A model generated the notes under the pieces. The model did not search any database and was not told where the DNA came from. It was given only the letters and a program-made list of their open reading frames with translations. The translations under genes and the position numbers were made by a program. This document shows positions 48,509 to 56,208 of a stretch of 64,000 nt of DNA, piece by piece. This DNA is from a virus. Each line of letters opens with the position of its first letter. Positions within the stretch are counted from its first letter, which is position 1. The stretch lies in IMG/VR virus record IMGVR_UViG_3300021197_001752, positions 32,001 through 96,000 of that record. The stretch is one strand, 5' to 3'.

Positions 48509-48778
48509 TTAAAAGGTTAGCCAGTAAATAGGTTGTTCTAAATTCAAAAGTGCTCCACCAATCATACCAACACTGATTCCTGCCAGAAACATTAGTGGCT
48601 GCATCCATCGTGATCTGTAAGCCCGACCAGCGTCAATAGAAGCATCAATGATGAACTTAGGTGATACACCCCAATCAGGAGTCATCATTTCTTCTGGTGT
48701 CAATCTACCACTCTCAAGACACTTGAGAAGAAACTCATACATATCATCTGTATTATCAAACTCTTTTAAGTGACTCAT
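48509..48778 (-). CDS. Hypothetical protein with C-terminal TM helix
   Basis: AGGAG RBS; hydrophobic C-terminus. Confidence 0.65.
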   Translation of the reverse strand: MSHLKEFDNTDDMYEFLLKCLESGRLTPEEMMTPDWGVSPKFIIDASIDAGRAYRSRWMQPLMFLAGISVGMIGGALLNLEQPIYWLTF

Positions 48779-48786
48779 ACTGTCTC

Positions 48787-49101
48787 CTAGATTCCGTAGA
48801 CGCCGATGACGTCTTTTGCTTTGTCTTCAAGAATGTTTCCACGAGAGAAGTTCCGAGCAGGAGACTTCCAAGAAGCAGGCTTCCAAATCAAGCCATCCTC
48901 TTTACTGACGAAGAACCAAACGTGCTGGTTGTATTCGCCCTGTGACTTGATGACTTTGTAATACTTGCCGCCCTCTTTGACTTTGACTTTGGGAACCTCC
49001 AAGTTTGGCAACTTAGAACTGTAGTGTTCACTGACAATCTCAACACACTGACCAATGAAGTCTTGCAGATGAAACTCAACTTCGGGATTTGCAATAGCCA
49101 T
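48787..49101 (-). CDS. Phage hypothetical protein
   Basis: GKYYKV...FV...G.IWKPASWKSPA...RGNI motif; TAATG-coupled to the upstream gene. Confidence 0.75.
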   Translation of the reverse strand: MAIANPEVEFHLQDFIGQCVEIVSEHYSSKLPNLEVPKVKVKEGGKYYKVIKSQGEYNQHVWFFVSKEDGLIWKPASWKSPARNFSRGNILEDKAKDVIGVYGI

Positions 49102-49292
49102 TATGCTTCCTTTCGTAATGCTTCTGCGTGGTGATGTTGGATGGGGTACATACTTTTTTTATTTACACCCCAATCCACAACGACCATCTGGTGACCATCA
49201 AACTGGTGACCCTCAAGGCTAATAACTTTACCAATACTATTATGGTAAAGCGGGTGAAAACGGTGACTAACTTTGGAACCTACTTGAATCAT
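49101..49292 (-). CDS. Small SH3/KOW-like protein
   Basis: IQVGSKV...IGKV...VVDW; directly behind a promoter and RBS. Confidence 0.65.
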   Translation of the reverse strand: MIQVGSKVSHRFHPLYHNSIGKVISLEGHQFDGHQMVVVDWGVNKKSMYPIQHHHAEALRKEA

Positions 49293-49300
49293 TTCTCTCT

Positions 49301-49340
49301 CCCTTACAATTTATAATACCACACTATATCAAAGTGTCAA
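49301..49340 (-). promoter_or_regulatory. Early promoter, copy 1
   Basis: TTGACA-16 nt (ending TGG)-TATTAT-AAATTGTAAGGG. Confidence 0.85.
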
Positions 49341-49348
49341 GCAAATAT

Positions 49349-49624
49349 TTAAACTTTTTCTAGATTACATGCGTAGTCAACAAACAATCCGATATTAGAC
49401 TCTTTAACACCTACTGGTTGCAGCCGAAACATCAGATGATCCTCAGCACCTTCGTAGGCCCGATCAAAAGCATCGTCGTTAGCTGATGACAAACTTTCCA
49501 CCAAGCACATAACAGGAACTGCTTTGTTACCTGCATCGTCAAAGTTGCCACCTGCCATCACAAGATCCCCAAGCTTGATGGGGCATCGTGCTTTGATTTC
49601 TTCTAAGATTTCTTTGCTTCTCAT
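49349..49624 (-). CDS. Small SH3/KOW-like protein
   Basis: IKLGDLVM...LV...NLEKV. Confidence 0.6.
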   Translation of the reverse strand: MRSKEILEEIKARCPIKLGDLVMAGGNFDDAGNKAVPVMCLVESLSSANDDAFDRAYEGAEDHLMFRLQPVGVKESNIGLFVDYACNLEKV

Positions 49625-50080
49625 TTATGCCGCCAACTCTAAATCACGCTCGGAGTAGAAAGGATTGTAACTGTCTTCACTACCTGGGTACTGAACCTTG
49701 TAGTTACCGCCAGACTCAGCTTGGATCACCAAGGCAACCTTGCCTGCCAGCTTCCAACGCTGATTACGCTTACTGTTCTTGAACTGAACAAGTGAACCGA
49801 CTTCGTACTTCGGAGGCAGCGGAGCCAGCGAATCAAGTGCTTGCTTGAGATTATCAAGATGATAACCAGCGAAGTAATCAACCATAGCATCACTATGGTC
49901 ATTATAGCGACGCACATGGGGGTTACTGATGTGACCATCACTATTGACCCAAAATGAAATCTCACTCAAAGCACCCTCAAAGCGAACGTAAACTTTGCGA
50001 TCACTCTGGTCGATTTCAACCTCACGACCAACGATGCTGGCACGCTTCTGGATTCTCTTGATAGCATTCTCTAACTTCAT
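49625..50080 (-). CDS. Hypothetical protein with C-terminal SH3/KOW-like domain
   Basis: YEVGSLVQF...GKVALV...YKVQY...YSERDLEL. Confidence 0.7.
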   Translation of the reverse strand: MKLENAIKRIQKRASIVGREVEIDQSDRKVYVRFEGALSEISFWVNSDGHISNPHVRRYNDHSDAMVDYFAGYHLDNLKQALDSLAPLPPKYEVGSLVQFKNSKRNQRWKLAGKVALVIQAESGGNYKVQYPGSEDSYNPFYSERDLELAA

Positions 50081-50090
50081 AACTCTATCT

Positions 50091-50130
50091 CCCTTACAAT
50101 TTATAATACCATAGCACGGCTATATGTCAA
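50091..50130 (-). promoter_or_regulatory. Early promoter, copy 2
   Basis: TTGACA-16 nt (ending TGG)-TATTAT-AAATTGTAAGGG. Confidence 0.85.
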
Positions 50131-50152
50131 GGAAATCAAAATAAAAAAAGAT

Positions 50153-50181
50153 AAAAAAAAGACACCCCCGAAGGAGTGCCT
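50153..50181 (-). terminator. Rho-independent terminator
   Basis: GGCACUCC-UUCG-GGGGUGUC followed by 8 U. Confidence 0.85.
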
Positions 50182-50210
50182 TTCTCTTAGCCAAAGCTGT
50201 AGATTACCTA

Positions 50211-50693
50211 TTAGGCACCGACAACAGTAGGCTCGAATCCAAACCATTGGGTTGCATCGGCTGCGATACAAACCAACATTGCATTTGCAGCAACAGTAAT
50301 TGCAGCATTATCAGACCCAGGTGAAACCTTATCACCCGTTGAAGGAAATACCTCTAAGGTGCTACCTGAGGAGTTCTGGATGAAATAAATATTCCCAGCC
50401 CCAACATCAGCTAAAGCGGGCAATTTAACACCTTTGGTGTTATCTCCACCAGTAACTACAACCATTGCACCACCTGTGGCACTAATAGCTGTCACATCGC
50501 CCTGGTTAGACCCTGCTGCTGTAACAGCCTGCGCTCCGACTGATAAACCTCCACCAAAAAGTGGTGTTGATTGTACCGAAACTGCACCCGTCATCCCGAC
50601 TTGACCCGTCACAGAGAGTGAATTTTGAATTGTAACCCCAGATCCAGCACTTTGTACCAAACCCTTTCCATCACTAAATACCGATTGTACCAT
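50211..50693 (-). CDS. Small virion decoration/fibre-like protein
   Basis: Gly/Ala/Ser-rich; VKLPA...G..Y.I.N...W C-terminal module; own AGGAGG RBS and terminator. Confidence 0.6.
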   Translation of the reverse strand: MVQSVFSDGKGLVQSAGSGVTIQNSLSVTGQVGMTGAVSVQSTPLFGGGLSVGAQAVTAAGSNQGDVTAISATGGAMVVVTGGDNTKGVKLPALADVGAGNIYFIQNSSGSTLEVFPSTGDKVSPGSDNAAITVAANAMLVCIAADATQWFGFEPTVVGA

Positions 50694-50800
50694 AATATCC
50701 TCCTATCTTACATGCTTCCGACACGAGGCGTAAGTTCCCTCAATTATGGTCGTGTGTCGGGCTTATAATAAATAGCACGTTACTTGTGCAAATGTTAAAT

Positions 50801-51271
50801 TTATTTACCCCAGTTAGGGAATCTTTTTTTATAATATATTCTTAGTCGGTTGACCTTGTTGGCGTAAGCTAATATTTTATCTTTGTTCTTTGAAACTTTC
50901 CACCCTGGTCCGCCATTATAGCAGGCAGGAAGATTTAGTCCTTGGCATGTTTTATACCTTCTCATTTCTTTCAGGACAACCATCGCTGCAACCGTTGCAT
51001 GGTAAGGATTAGACATGTCTTTATAAAATGTTTTTCTGTCTTTATATTCCCACTCTCTGCCCCAGAAAGACCAGTTGATTTGAAATAGACCATAGTCATT
51101 AGTTTTAGATATACTGAATGGATTTAGTCTAGATTCTACCCACGCTATTGAAACCAGTAGGTATGGGTCTTCTCCAACGGGTCTAGCCTTTTCAATTATT
51201 GTATGAGCCATAGACGTCTGTTGTACCGTGAAGTACGACGGGAAACTTAAAGATAATAATAACCACAACAT
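50801..51271 (-). CDS. Lytic transglycosylase (SLT-like) with hydrophobic N-terminus
   Basis: IAWVESRLNP, DYGLFQIN, YNGGPG. Confidence 0.85.
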   Translation of the reverse strand: MLWLLLSLSFPSYFTVQQTSMAHTIIEKARPVGEDPYLLVSIAWVESRLNPFSISKTNDYGLFQINWSFWGREWEYKDRKTFYKDMSNPYHATVAAMVVLKEMRRYKTCQGLNLPACYNGGPGWKVSKNKDKILAYANKVNRLRIYYKKRFPNWGK

Positions 51272-51281
51272 AATGATCTAA

Positions 51282-51464
51282 CTAGAAGCCACAGCATTCA
51301 TCGGGAAACATATTATTTGAAACTCCCGACTGATTAAAACTAGCAGCATCCTTTGGCACCTCATAAAACTCCATGTCGATCATGAAGGTTTCTAGGGCAT
51401 CCTGAATGGTGGGTGCCCAGATTGTAAAGGTCATACCACGGACTTCGATTTGAAAGCAGTTCAT
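51282..51464 (-). CDS. Hypothetical protein
   Basis: ATGA overlap with the upstream gene. Confidence 0.55.
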   Translation of the reverse strand: MNCFQIEVRGMTFTIWAPTIQDALETFMIDMEFYEVPKDAASFNQSGVSNNMFPDECCGF

Positions 51465-51679
51465 TTGTTATCCTTTCGAGAACGCTTATTACGCATATAC
51501 CGATATTGTTCCCTCTGCAATCTTTGCAGAGTTAATATTCTTTCTTCTTTTATCCTCTTCAACAATTCTCTCTGCTTCTCTGCGTGCTTTGATTTCAGCC
51601 AGGCGATGAACATTATAGTTCCACCAGGCAAAAGCAGGGCTAACAGAATACCAGCCAGTAGAGTAATCGATGGAAACAC
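51461..51679 (-). CDS. Small membrane protein with basic tail
   Basis: N-terminal TM segment followed by an Arg/Lys-rich coil. Confidence 0.55.
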   Translation of the reverse strand: MFPSITLLAGILLALLLPGGTIMFIAWLKSKHAEKQRELLKRIKEERILTLQRLQREQYRYMRNKRSRKDNK

Positions 51680-51690
51680 TCATAACATCC

Positions 51691-52011
51691 TTATACGTCT
51701 TCAAACAAAAATGGCTCACCATCTTCGTCAAACTGGACAATCAAAGAGAAGTCGTTTTCAATAGTTGTTTTAAACATTTTACTTTTCTTTCCGCTTGATT
51801 TTCCATTGTTGAGCCAGTAAACCATGTAACTACATGTTTTTTCACCAGCAAGATTCTCGTTTGTTACGTCATGGGCCTCTGTCACCACACCCCAAAGAGA
51901 AGGATCTTTATAATGTTTTACCCAAGTACCATACGGCAGAGCGTGCTCTGGACGGTCCTCTTTGAGTTTATCGATAATATCACCTAGAATCTCTTTGAAG
52001 TGATCAGACAT
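51691..52011 (-). CDS. SH3/KOW-like hypothetical protein
   Basis: LPYGTWVKH...WGVV...YMVYWL. Confidence 0.6.
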   Translation of the reverse strand: MSDHFKEILGDIIDKLKEDRPEHALPYGTWVKHYKDPSLWGVVTEAHDVTNENLAGEKTCSYMVYWLNNGKSSGKKSKMFKTTIENDFSLIVQFDEDGEPFLFEDV

Positions 52012-52485
52012 CTACGCCTTCTTTCTGCTTCTTTTGGTAGACCGCTTTTTAGTTGTTGCCTTAGTAGCGGTCTTACTAGCAGTTCTTGTTTTAGTTACAG
52101 TCTTTGCTTTAGGTTCAGTAGTCGTCTTTTTGACAACTGGGGTGGTTGTAACTTCTGTCGTCACCTTAGTAGTCTTAGCAGTCACTGGCGTGGTCGTAGT
52201 GGTCGTCGCAGCAGTCGTTTCAACTTCCACTGGAGTTGCTTTGGCTTTAACTTCTACAGGGGTAGACGTGGTTGTGGCGCTACCACCAAAAAGTGTTTCC
52301 TGAAATACCTTATGGTGTTCTTCCTTATCATAACGTGCTTCTGCATCAGCTTTACGAAGAGCCTTCTTTACCTCAACTTCCGTTAGTACTTTAGCACGCT
52401 CTAGTGGCAGGGTGGGATCATCCTGCATCATTTCCCTCATACGATTTATGAATGCCAATCGTCTTCTTTTTCTTCTCTTAGCCAT
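52012..52485 (-). CDS. Basic, Thr/Lys-rich low-complexity (histone H1-like) protein
   Basis: MAKRRKRRR N-terminus, poly-Thr tracts, KATTKKRSTKRSRKKA C-terminus; AGGAGG RBS. Confidence 0.65.
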   Translation of the reverse strand: MAKRRKRRRLAFINRMREMMQDDPTLPLERAKVLTEVEVKKALRKADAEARYDKEEHHKVFQETLFGGSATTTSTPVEVKAKATPVEVETTAATTTTTTPVTAKTTKVTTEVTTTPVVKKTTTEPKAKTVTKTRTASKTATKATTKKRSTKRSRKKA

Positions 52486-52521
52486 TTTATGTAACCTCCT
52501 TATTGGTTTTATTAAATAGTT

Positions 52522-52713
52522 CTAATCAATAATCACGCCACCAGTCATGTCTTCGTTCATATCAATAATACAAATGCCACGATCAGAACCTGTAGGTGCT
52601 GTGGTAGACTCTTCATATATTTCATTATGCTGTGGTACTGGTAACTCTAATTCCTGTTCTTTGTAACGTTCCTTACGGCGTCGTTTGTCGGGCAAGTATG
52701 GATAAATTTTCAT
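52522..52713 (-). CDS. Hypothetical protein
   Basis: 63 aa; GAGGA upstream. Confidence 0.55.
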   Translation of the reverse strand: MKIYPYLPDKRRRKERYKEQELELPVPQHNEIYEESTTAPTGSDRGICIIDMNEDMTGGVIID

Positions 52714-52763
52714 GATGGAATATCCTCATGTTAAAGTTTATGACCCCTTATAATAGTTATACC

Positions 52764-53183
52764 TTAAAAATCATTATTGTCAAGAGAATAAAAACTTTGA
52801 TATGTCACAGATGACTCATGTTTAGTATTTCTTTTATACCAGCCAGTGCTCTGAACATAATAATCACCACGACCTAAAGCCTGACCATACTGACCACAGC
52901 AGAACTTGATAGTGACTTCATAGTTATGTTTTTCAGACATCCTCTCATTGATCAGGTCAAGTTGCAAATTGGTTCCCGCTAAATTTTTTAGATAGTCATA
53001 TTCAAATCGCATAGCCGCAAAATGATTCATACCGCTTTGTGCAGCCATCGCCGCTTGGTTATGCCTACGTTTATTACCAGCGATCATCATTTCTAAATTG
53101 GTGGATTGGAAAAGCATGATTGCTAATCCAGTAAGCAGCATACCCATAGTAACAGCTACAATTAGTGCGAACCCTTTCCTCAA
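52764..53183 (-). CDS. PilX-like (type IV pilin-type N-terminus) protein
   Basis: MRKG|FALIVAV prepilin-like site, hydrophobic helix, E..IAGN.R...QA..AA.SG, and YYVQSTG near the C-terminus. Confidence 0.7.
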   Translation of the reverse strand: MRKGFALIVAVTMGMLLTGLAIMLFQSTNLEMMIAGNKRRHNQAAMAAQSGMNHFAAMRFEYDYLKNLAGTNLQLDLINERMSEKHNYEVTIKFCCGQYGQALGRGDYYVQSTGWYKRNTKHESSVTYQSFYSLDNNDF

Positions 53184-53542
53184 TATACTACCCTAATATT
53201 CCTAGGCATCGATCGGTTCGGCGGAGGGGCTACTCCACCTGCCTCAACCCAGTTGCGGGGCAGCGCCAGATTTTGTGCAACCCAAGCAGCAGTTGCTTCC
53301 TTACACCGCTCCCTAGCCTGCCGAGTGAAAGCCCTCTCTAGACAGTTGCGCTCTTCTGTCATCACTCTATTACAAAAGCAAGCTACACGTTGCAGTAGCT
53401 CATCCTCTTGTGAAAGGTTGACGCCCGCAGGTAACGGGGTCTCACTACCAGGCAGAACTCGTGGGCAATCGATTTGCGGGCTAGCAAGTAAAATATTAAT
53501 TATCAATAAAGTCATCATAATACTCCGAGTAGTCATCGACAA
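53180..53542 (-). CDS. Cys-rich secreted hypothetical protein
   Basis: Signal-like N-terminus; 5 Cys. Confidence 0.55.
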   Translation of the reverse strand: MSMTTRSIMMTLLIINILLASPQIDCPRVLPGSETPLPAGVNLSQEDELLQRVACFCNRVMTEERNCLERAFTRQARERCKEATAAWVAQNLALPRNWVEAGGVAPPPNRSMPRNIRVVY

Positions 53543-53753
53543 TCACTTTGATCGAGCCCTCAAGATTTCCAGTGCCGAGGTACCACTCAAGGTTGTACTC
53601 AGTCAGCACGTCCAATACAATATCTCGCATGGCGCTACTATGACCAGTGACGACCTCAAGAATACTCGCTCGCCGCAGATTTTTTTCGATAAAGCTCGCC
53701 GTTAAATTTTTTGCCTCATCATGAGGTGCGCCATGTAAGTCTAGCTTGTTCAC
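53496..53753 (-). CDS. Stand-alone Smr-domain protein
   Basis: KLDLHG...EVVTGHS...N.GSIKV. Confidence 0.8.
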   Translation of the reverse strand: MNKLDLHGAPHDEAKNLTASFIEKNLRRASILEVVTGHSSAMRDIVLDVLTEYNLEWYLGTGNLEGSIKVIVDDYSEYYDDFIDN

Positions 53754-53875
53754 TAGTTCTTCTCCTTTTTGTTTGGCAGTCCAAAGAAAGCCGATGCAAT
53801 AACAAATGTAATTACCGTACTAAAACCAACCCAGGCTATAAATGCAAATAGTCCCATTACAATCGATTCAGTCAT
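53753..53875 (-). CDS. 40-aa single-TM protein (below the ORF-track cutoff)
   Basis: MTESIVMGLFAFIAWVGFSTVITFVIASAFFGLPNKKEKN with an AGGAG RBS. Confidence 0.55.
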   Translation of the reverse strand: MTESIVMGLFAFIAWVGFSTVITFVIASAFFGLPNKKEKN

Positions 53876-53886
53876 ATAGTTCTCTC

Positions 53887-54135
53887 CTAACTTGATGATA
53901 CCACAATTAGTTCATTATGATAATGATATTTTTTAAAATCATCAAGATCGCTAGCGGGCGCTAAAACATAACAAAATGTATAATGCTCTGCCCTATGGTC
54001 ATTTAGTTCGTACGGGCTCATAGGCTCCAAACCTACCACAATATAAAGGTCTTCTTGTTCATCAAAGTCGGCGTAGTGCTTAATGCGAACCAGAGAGCCG
54101 AGTGGTATTTTCTTTATTCTTGGAGACAATCTCAT
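53887..54135 (-). CDS. SH3/KOW-like hypothetical protein
   Basis: IPLGSLVRI...YIVV...HNELIVVS; start uncertain. Confidence 0.55.
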   Translation of the reverse strand: MRLSPRIKKIPLGSLVRIKHYADFDEQEDLYIVVGLEPMSPYELNDHRAEHYTFCYVLAPASDLDDFKKYHYHNELIVVSSS

Positions 54136-54529
54136 ATTCCTCAGGGAAGATCCACCACTTAGGTCCTTTGGGCAGCCAGTGCACATGTACATTAAATGAT
54201 GACATGTCCACTACGATCCCCAGGGTACCCCTTTCGATACTAACGCTTGACCCGCCGTAAATTTCATCCAGCATGTCGGCGTAAATTTTTGGTGAACTCG
54301 TGCCGATGCCTTGCTTCCCAGCACTACTGCACCCTGGCCCAGAACCATAAGAAGCTTCATAACCGTCCATCGTAAACGCAGGTCCATAAATAACAAACTT
54401 TGATTCCACCAAATCGCCAATAGAAGTTTCCGTAATTTTTTTTATAAGCCGCTGTCTTAAAGGCGGCGCAAGTTTTTCGTAGGCTAGCTGCGCCCTAAGG
54501 GCGTCTGATCCGCTGTGGTTTCCTTCCAT
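54080..54529 (-). CDS. SH3/KOW-like hypothetical protein with insertion
   Basis: IGDLVE...GTLGIVVD...VHVHW...EEYEIVS. Confidence 0.6.
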   Translation of the reverse strand: MEGNHSGSDALRAQLAYEKLAPPLRQRLIKKITETSIGDLVESKFVIYGPAFTMDGYEASYGSGPGCSSAGKQGIGTSSPKIYADMLDEIYGGSSVSIERGTLGIVVDMSSFNVHVHWLPKGPKWWIFPEEYEIVSKNKENTTRLSGSH

Positions 54530-54692
54530 ATAGTAGGTAGGCTACCGCAGACTCCTTGGTCACTTCTTTTTTTCTTATAGTTTCCGCTTAAATGGCTAGC
54601 TTTGGTAAACAACATGCTTTACAGACACATAGGTAGGGCTACCGTAGGCTAAAGGTTTTTTTATTGCAGAAACGCAAAAAGTGTTTTCAAGT

Positions 54693-54908
54693 TTAAGGCG
54701 CAGTCGAGAACAATATAAAGTCGTCCTCGTGATAAAGCATTGCCTCCGTATTGCCGTAGTGCGATGGGTGTGCATTATGTACGTACACAAAGCCCCCTTT
54801 GTGCTGCCTTACGACAATGTAGAGATTACCCCCAACACCACCCAGTAGATGATTAGGCGGAAACTTTACAAGGTCACCTATTTTGAACTTGTCGCCTTGA
54901 GCGGGCAC
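54693..54908 (-). CDS. SH3/KOW-like hypothetical protein
   Basis: FKIGDLVKF...YIVV...YHEDDFILFS. Confidence 0.6.
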   Translation of the reverse strand: MPAQGDKFKIGDLVKFPPNHLLGGVGGNLYIVVRQHKGGFVYVHNAHPSHYGNTEAMLYHEDDFILFSTAP

Positions 54909-55257
54909 TGGCTAGTCTCCTTAGATCTTCCCACATGGCTTCTTCAGTGGGATCACTTGCATCGTAGTCCTTAAGGACAACATTTTTTTTCCTAAGGACC
55001 CCAAGCGTAAACTGGATTTTTGGTAGGGACTCTACTGGAATAGGGGAATCCTCCTCGTGCGCAAGGCGGCAGGTCCCGCCACCCATGGCTTCATACGACG
55101 CCTTGAACTGCTCAACGCTGTCACACGCTTGCCAAAGCTGGATGAAACTCTCATGGGTCAGCTTAGCTAAGTAAAAGTAATGCTCTTCCCCGATTTTTGC
55201 TACATGCTTGTAGTCCCAACCAGGGTTCTCTAAAGTTACAATATTCTCTTGGCTCAT
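54874..55257 (-). CDS. Hypothetical protein
   Basis: 127 aa; ATGA overlap; AGGAGG RBS. Confidence 0.65.
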   Translation of the reverse strand: MSQENIVTLENPGWDYKHVAKIGEEHYFYLAKLTHESFIQLWQACDSVEQFKASYEAMGGGTCRLAHEEDSPIPVESLPKIQFTLGVLRKKNVVLKDYDASDPTEEAMWEDLRRLASARSRRQVQNR

Positions 55258-55454
55258 TTAGCCTCCTTTAAATCATGTTGATAATACCAAAGCTTCTTAC
55301 CTCGGTCTGGTCCTTTGAACCAGTCCACTTTGTACTGCGGTAGTGCGCCTGGTTCTTTAAGTTCATTTACAATCAAACCTAAAGTCGATGAGACGACTTG
55401 GCCGCTATGGAGCCCACCACGGATTGCTTGTTGTACTAAGGAACCGATGCCCAT
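55254..55454 (-). CDS. SH3/KOW-like hypothetical protein
   Basis: MGIGSLV...LGLIV...YKVDWF...YYQHDLKE. Confidence 0.6.
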   Translation of the reverse strand: MGIGSLVQQAIRGGLHSGQVVSSTLGLIVNELKEPGALPQYKVDWFKGPDRGKKLWYYQHDLKEAK

Positions 55455-55456
55455 TC

Positions 55457-55654
55457 TTAGCTCACCAATTTTAAGTCTGTTAGCATACAATATTCTCTAC
55501 CCCCGCCATTTAGCAGCACCGTGCAAATGTACTTGCCGATGTTGCCTTCCCAAGCCATCGGTTGAATCACTTCTACAATGCCCACTAGATCTGGTACATC
55601 GCCTGCCTCCTGGGGTACGCATATTTGCACCATGCTGCCCAACTGGATATTCAT
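55457..55654 (-). CDS. SH3/KOW-like hypothetical protein
   Basis: IQLGSMVQI...VGIV...CTVLL...TDLKLVS. Confidence 0.6.
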   Translation of the reverse strand: MNIQLGSMVQICVPQEAGDVPDLVGIVEVIQPMAWEGNIGKYICTVLLNGGGREYCMLTDLKLVS

Positions 55655-55818
55655 TCCTCAATGGTGCCTTCCTTGAGCATTAGATAAGCTCGTCGCCCAT
55701 AGTGCCCTTGAAGTTCCCACACGATGCCTGTCTCATAAAGCTCTTGGTACAACTCAACCACTTGGCTGTCGTCAAGAGCGTTTTTCTCATAGGCGCTAAT
55801 CTTCTCTGCTAAGTCCAT
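55651..55818 (-). CDS. 55-aa phage hypothetical protein (below the ORF-track cutoff)
   Basis: MDLAEKISAYE...LYQELYETGIVWELQGHYGRRA; AGGAGG RBS. Confidence 0.65.
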   Translation of the reverse strand: MDLAEKISAYEKNALDDSQVVELYQELYETGIVWELQGHYGRRAYLMLKEGTIEE

Positions 55819-55828
55819 GGTAGCCTCC

Positions 55829-56011
55829 TTATTGTAAGGTATCCGATTTTATAATACTTTTCTCTATTAGTTCAGCCTTTTCTTCTAACAAAACCACTCT
55901 TTCTTTAATATCGGTTGTCAGAGAGTACAGGGCTGTTACTGCACGTTCTAATGTTAGGAACGCTCTTACGAATTGTTCTAGTTCTAAGTTAGTCAATTTA
56001 TTCTTTTCCAA
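55829..56011 (-). CDS. Small coiled-coil hypothetical protein
   Basis: 60 aa with a heptad pattern. Confidence 0.5.
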   Translation of the reverse strand: MEKNKLTNLELEQFVRAFLTLERAVTALYSLTTDIKERVVLLEEKAELIEKSIIKSDTLQ

Positions 56012-56104
56012 AAAAGTCTCATTTTTTTAATTTACAATTTTTCAAGTTTTCTAAATTCTACAGAAATTTCATACACATCGTTAATGTCCTTAGGCGGCTT
56101 ATAT

Positions 56105-56181
56105 ACCCTCCCTGCCCCCTAGGGACATACTTCCCGTAGGGAGAGGGCCCATGGGTACCCCAGGGGGGTGGGGGCCCCTAG
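56105..56181. other. GC-rich palindrome and G-run cluster in non-coding DNA
   Basis: CCCTAGGG, GGGCCC, CCCATGGG, GGGTACCC, GGGGCCCC and five G-tracts of 3 or more. Confidence 0.6.
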
Positions 56182-56208
56182 TGTATCACAGTTGGCTACA
56201 GCAGGCTG

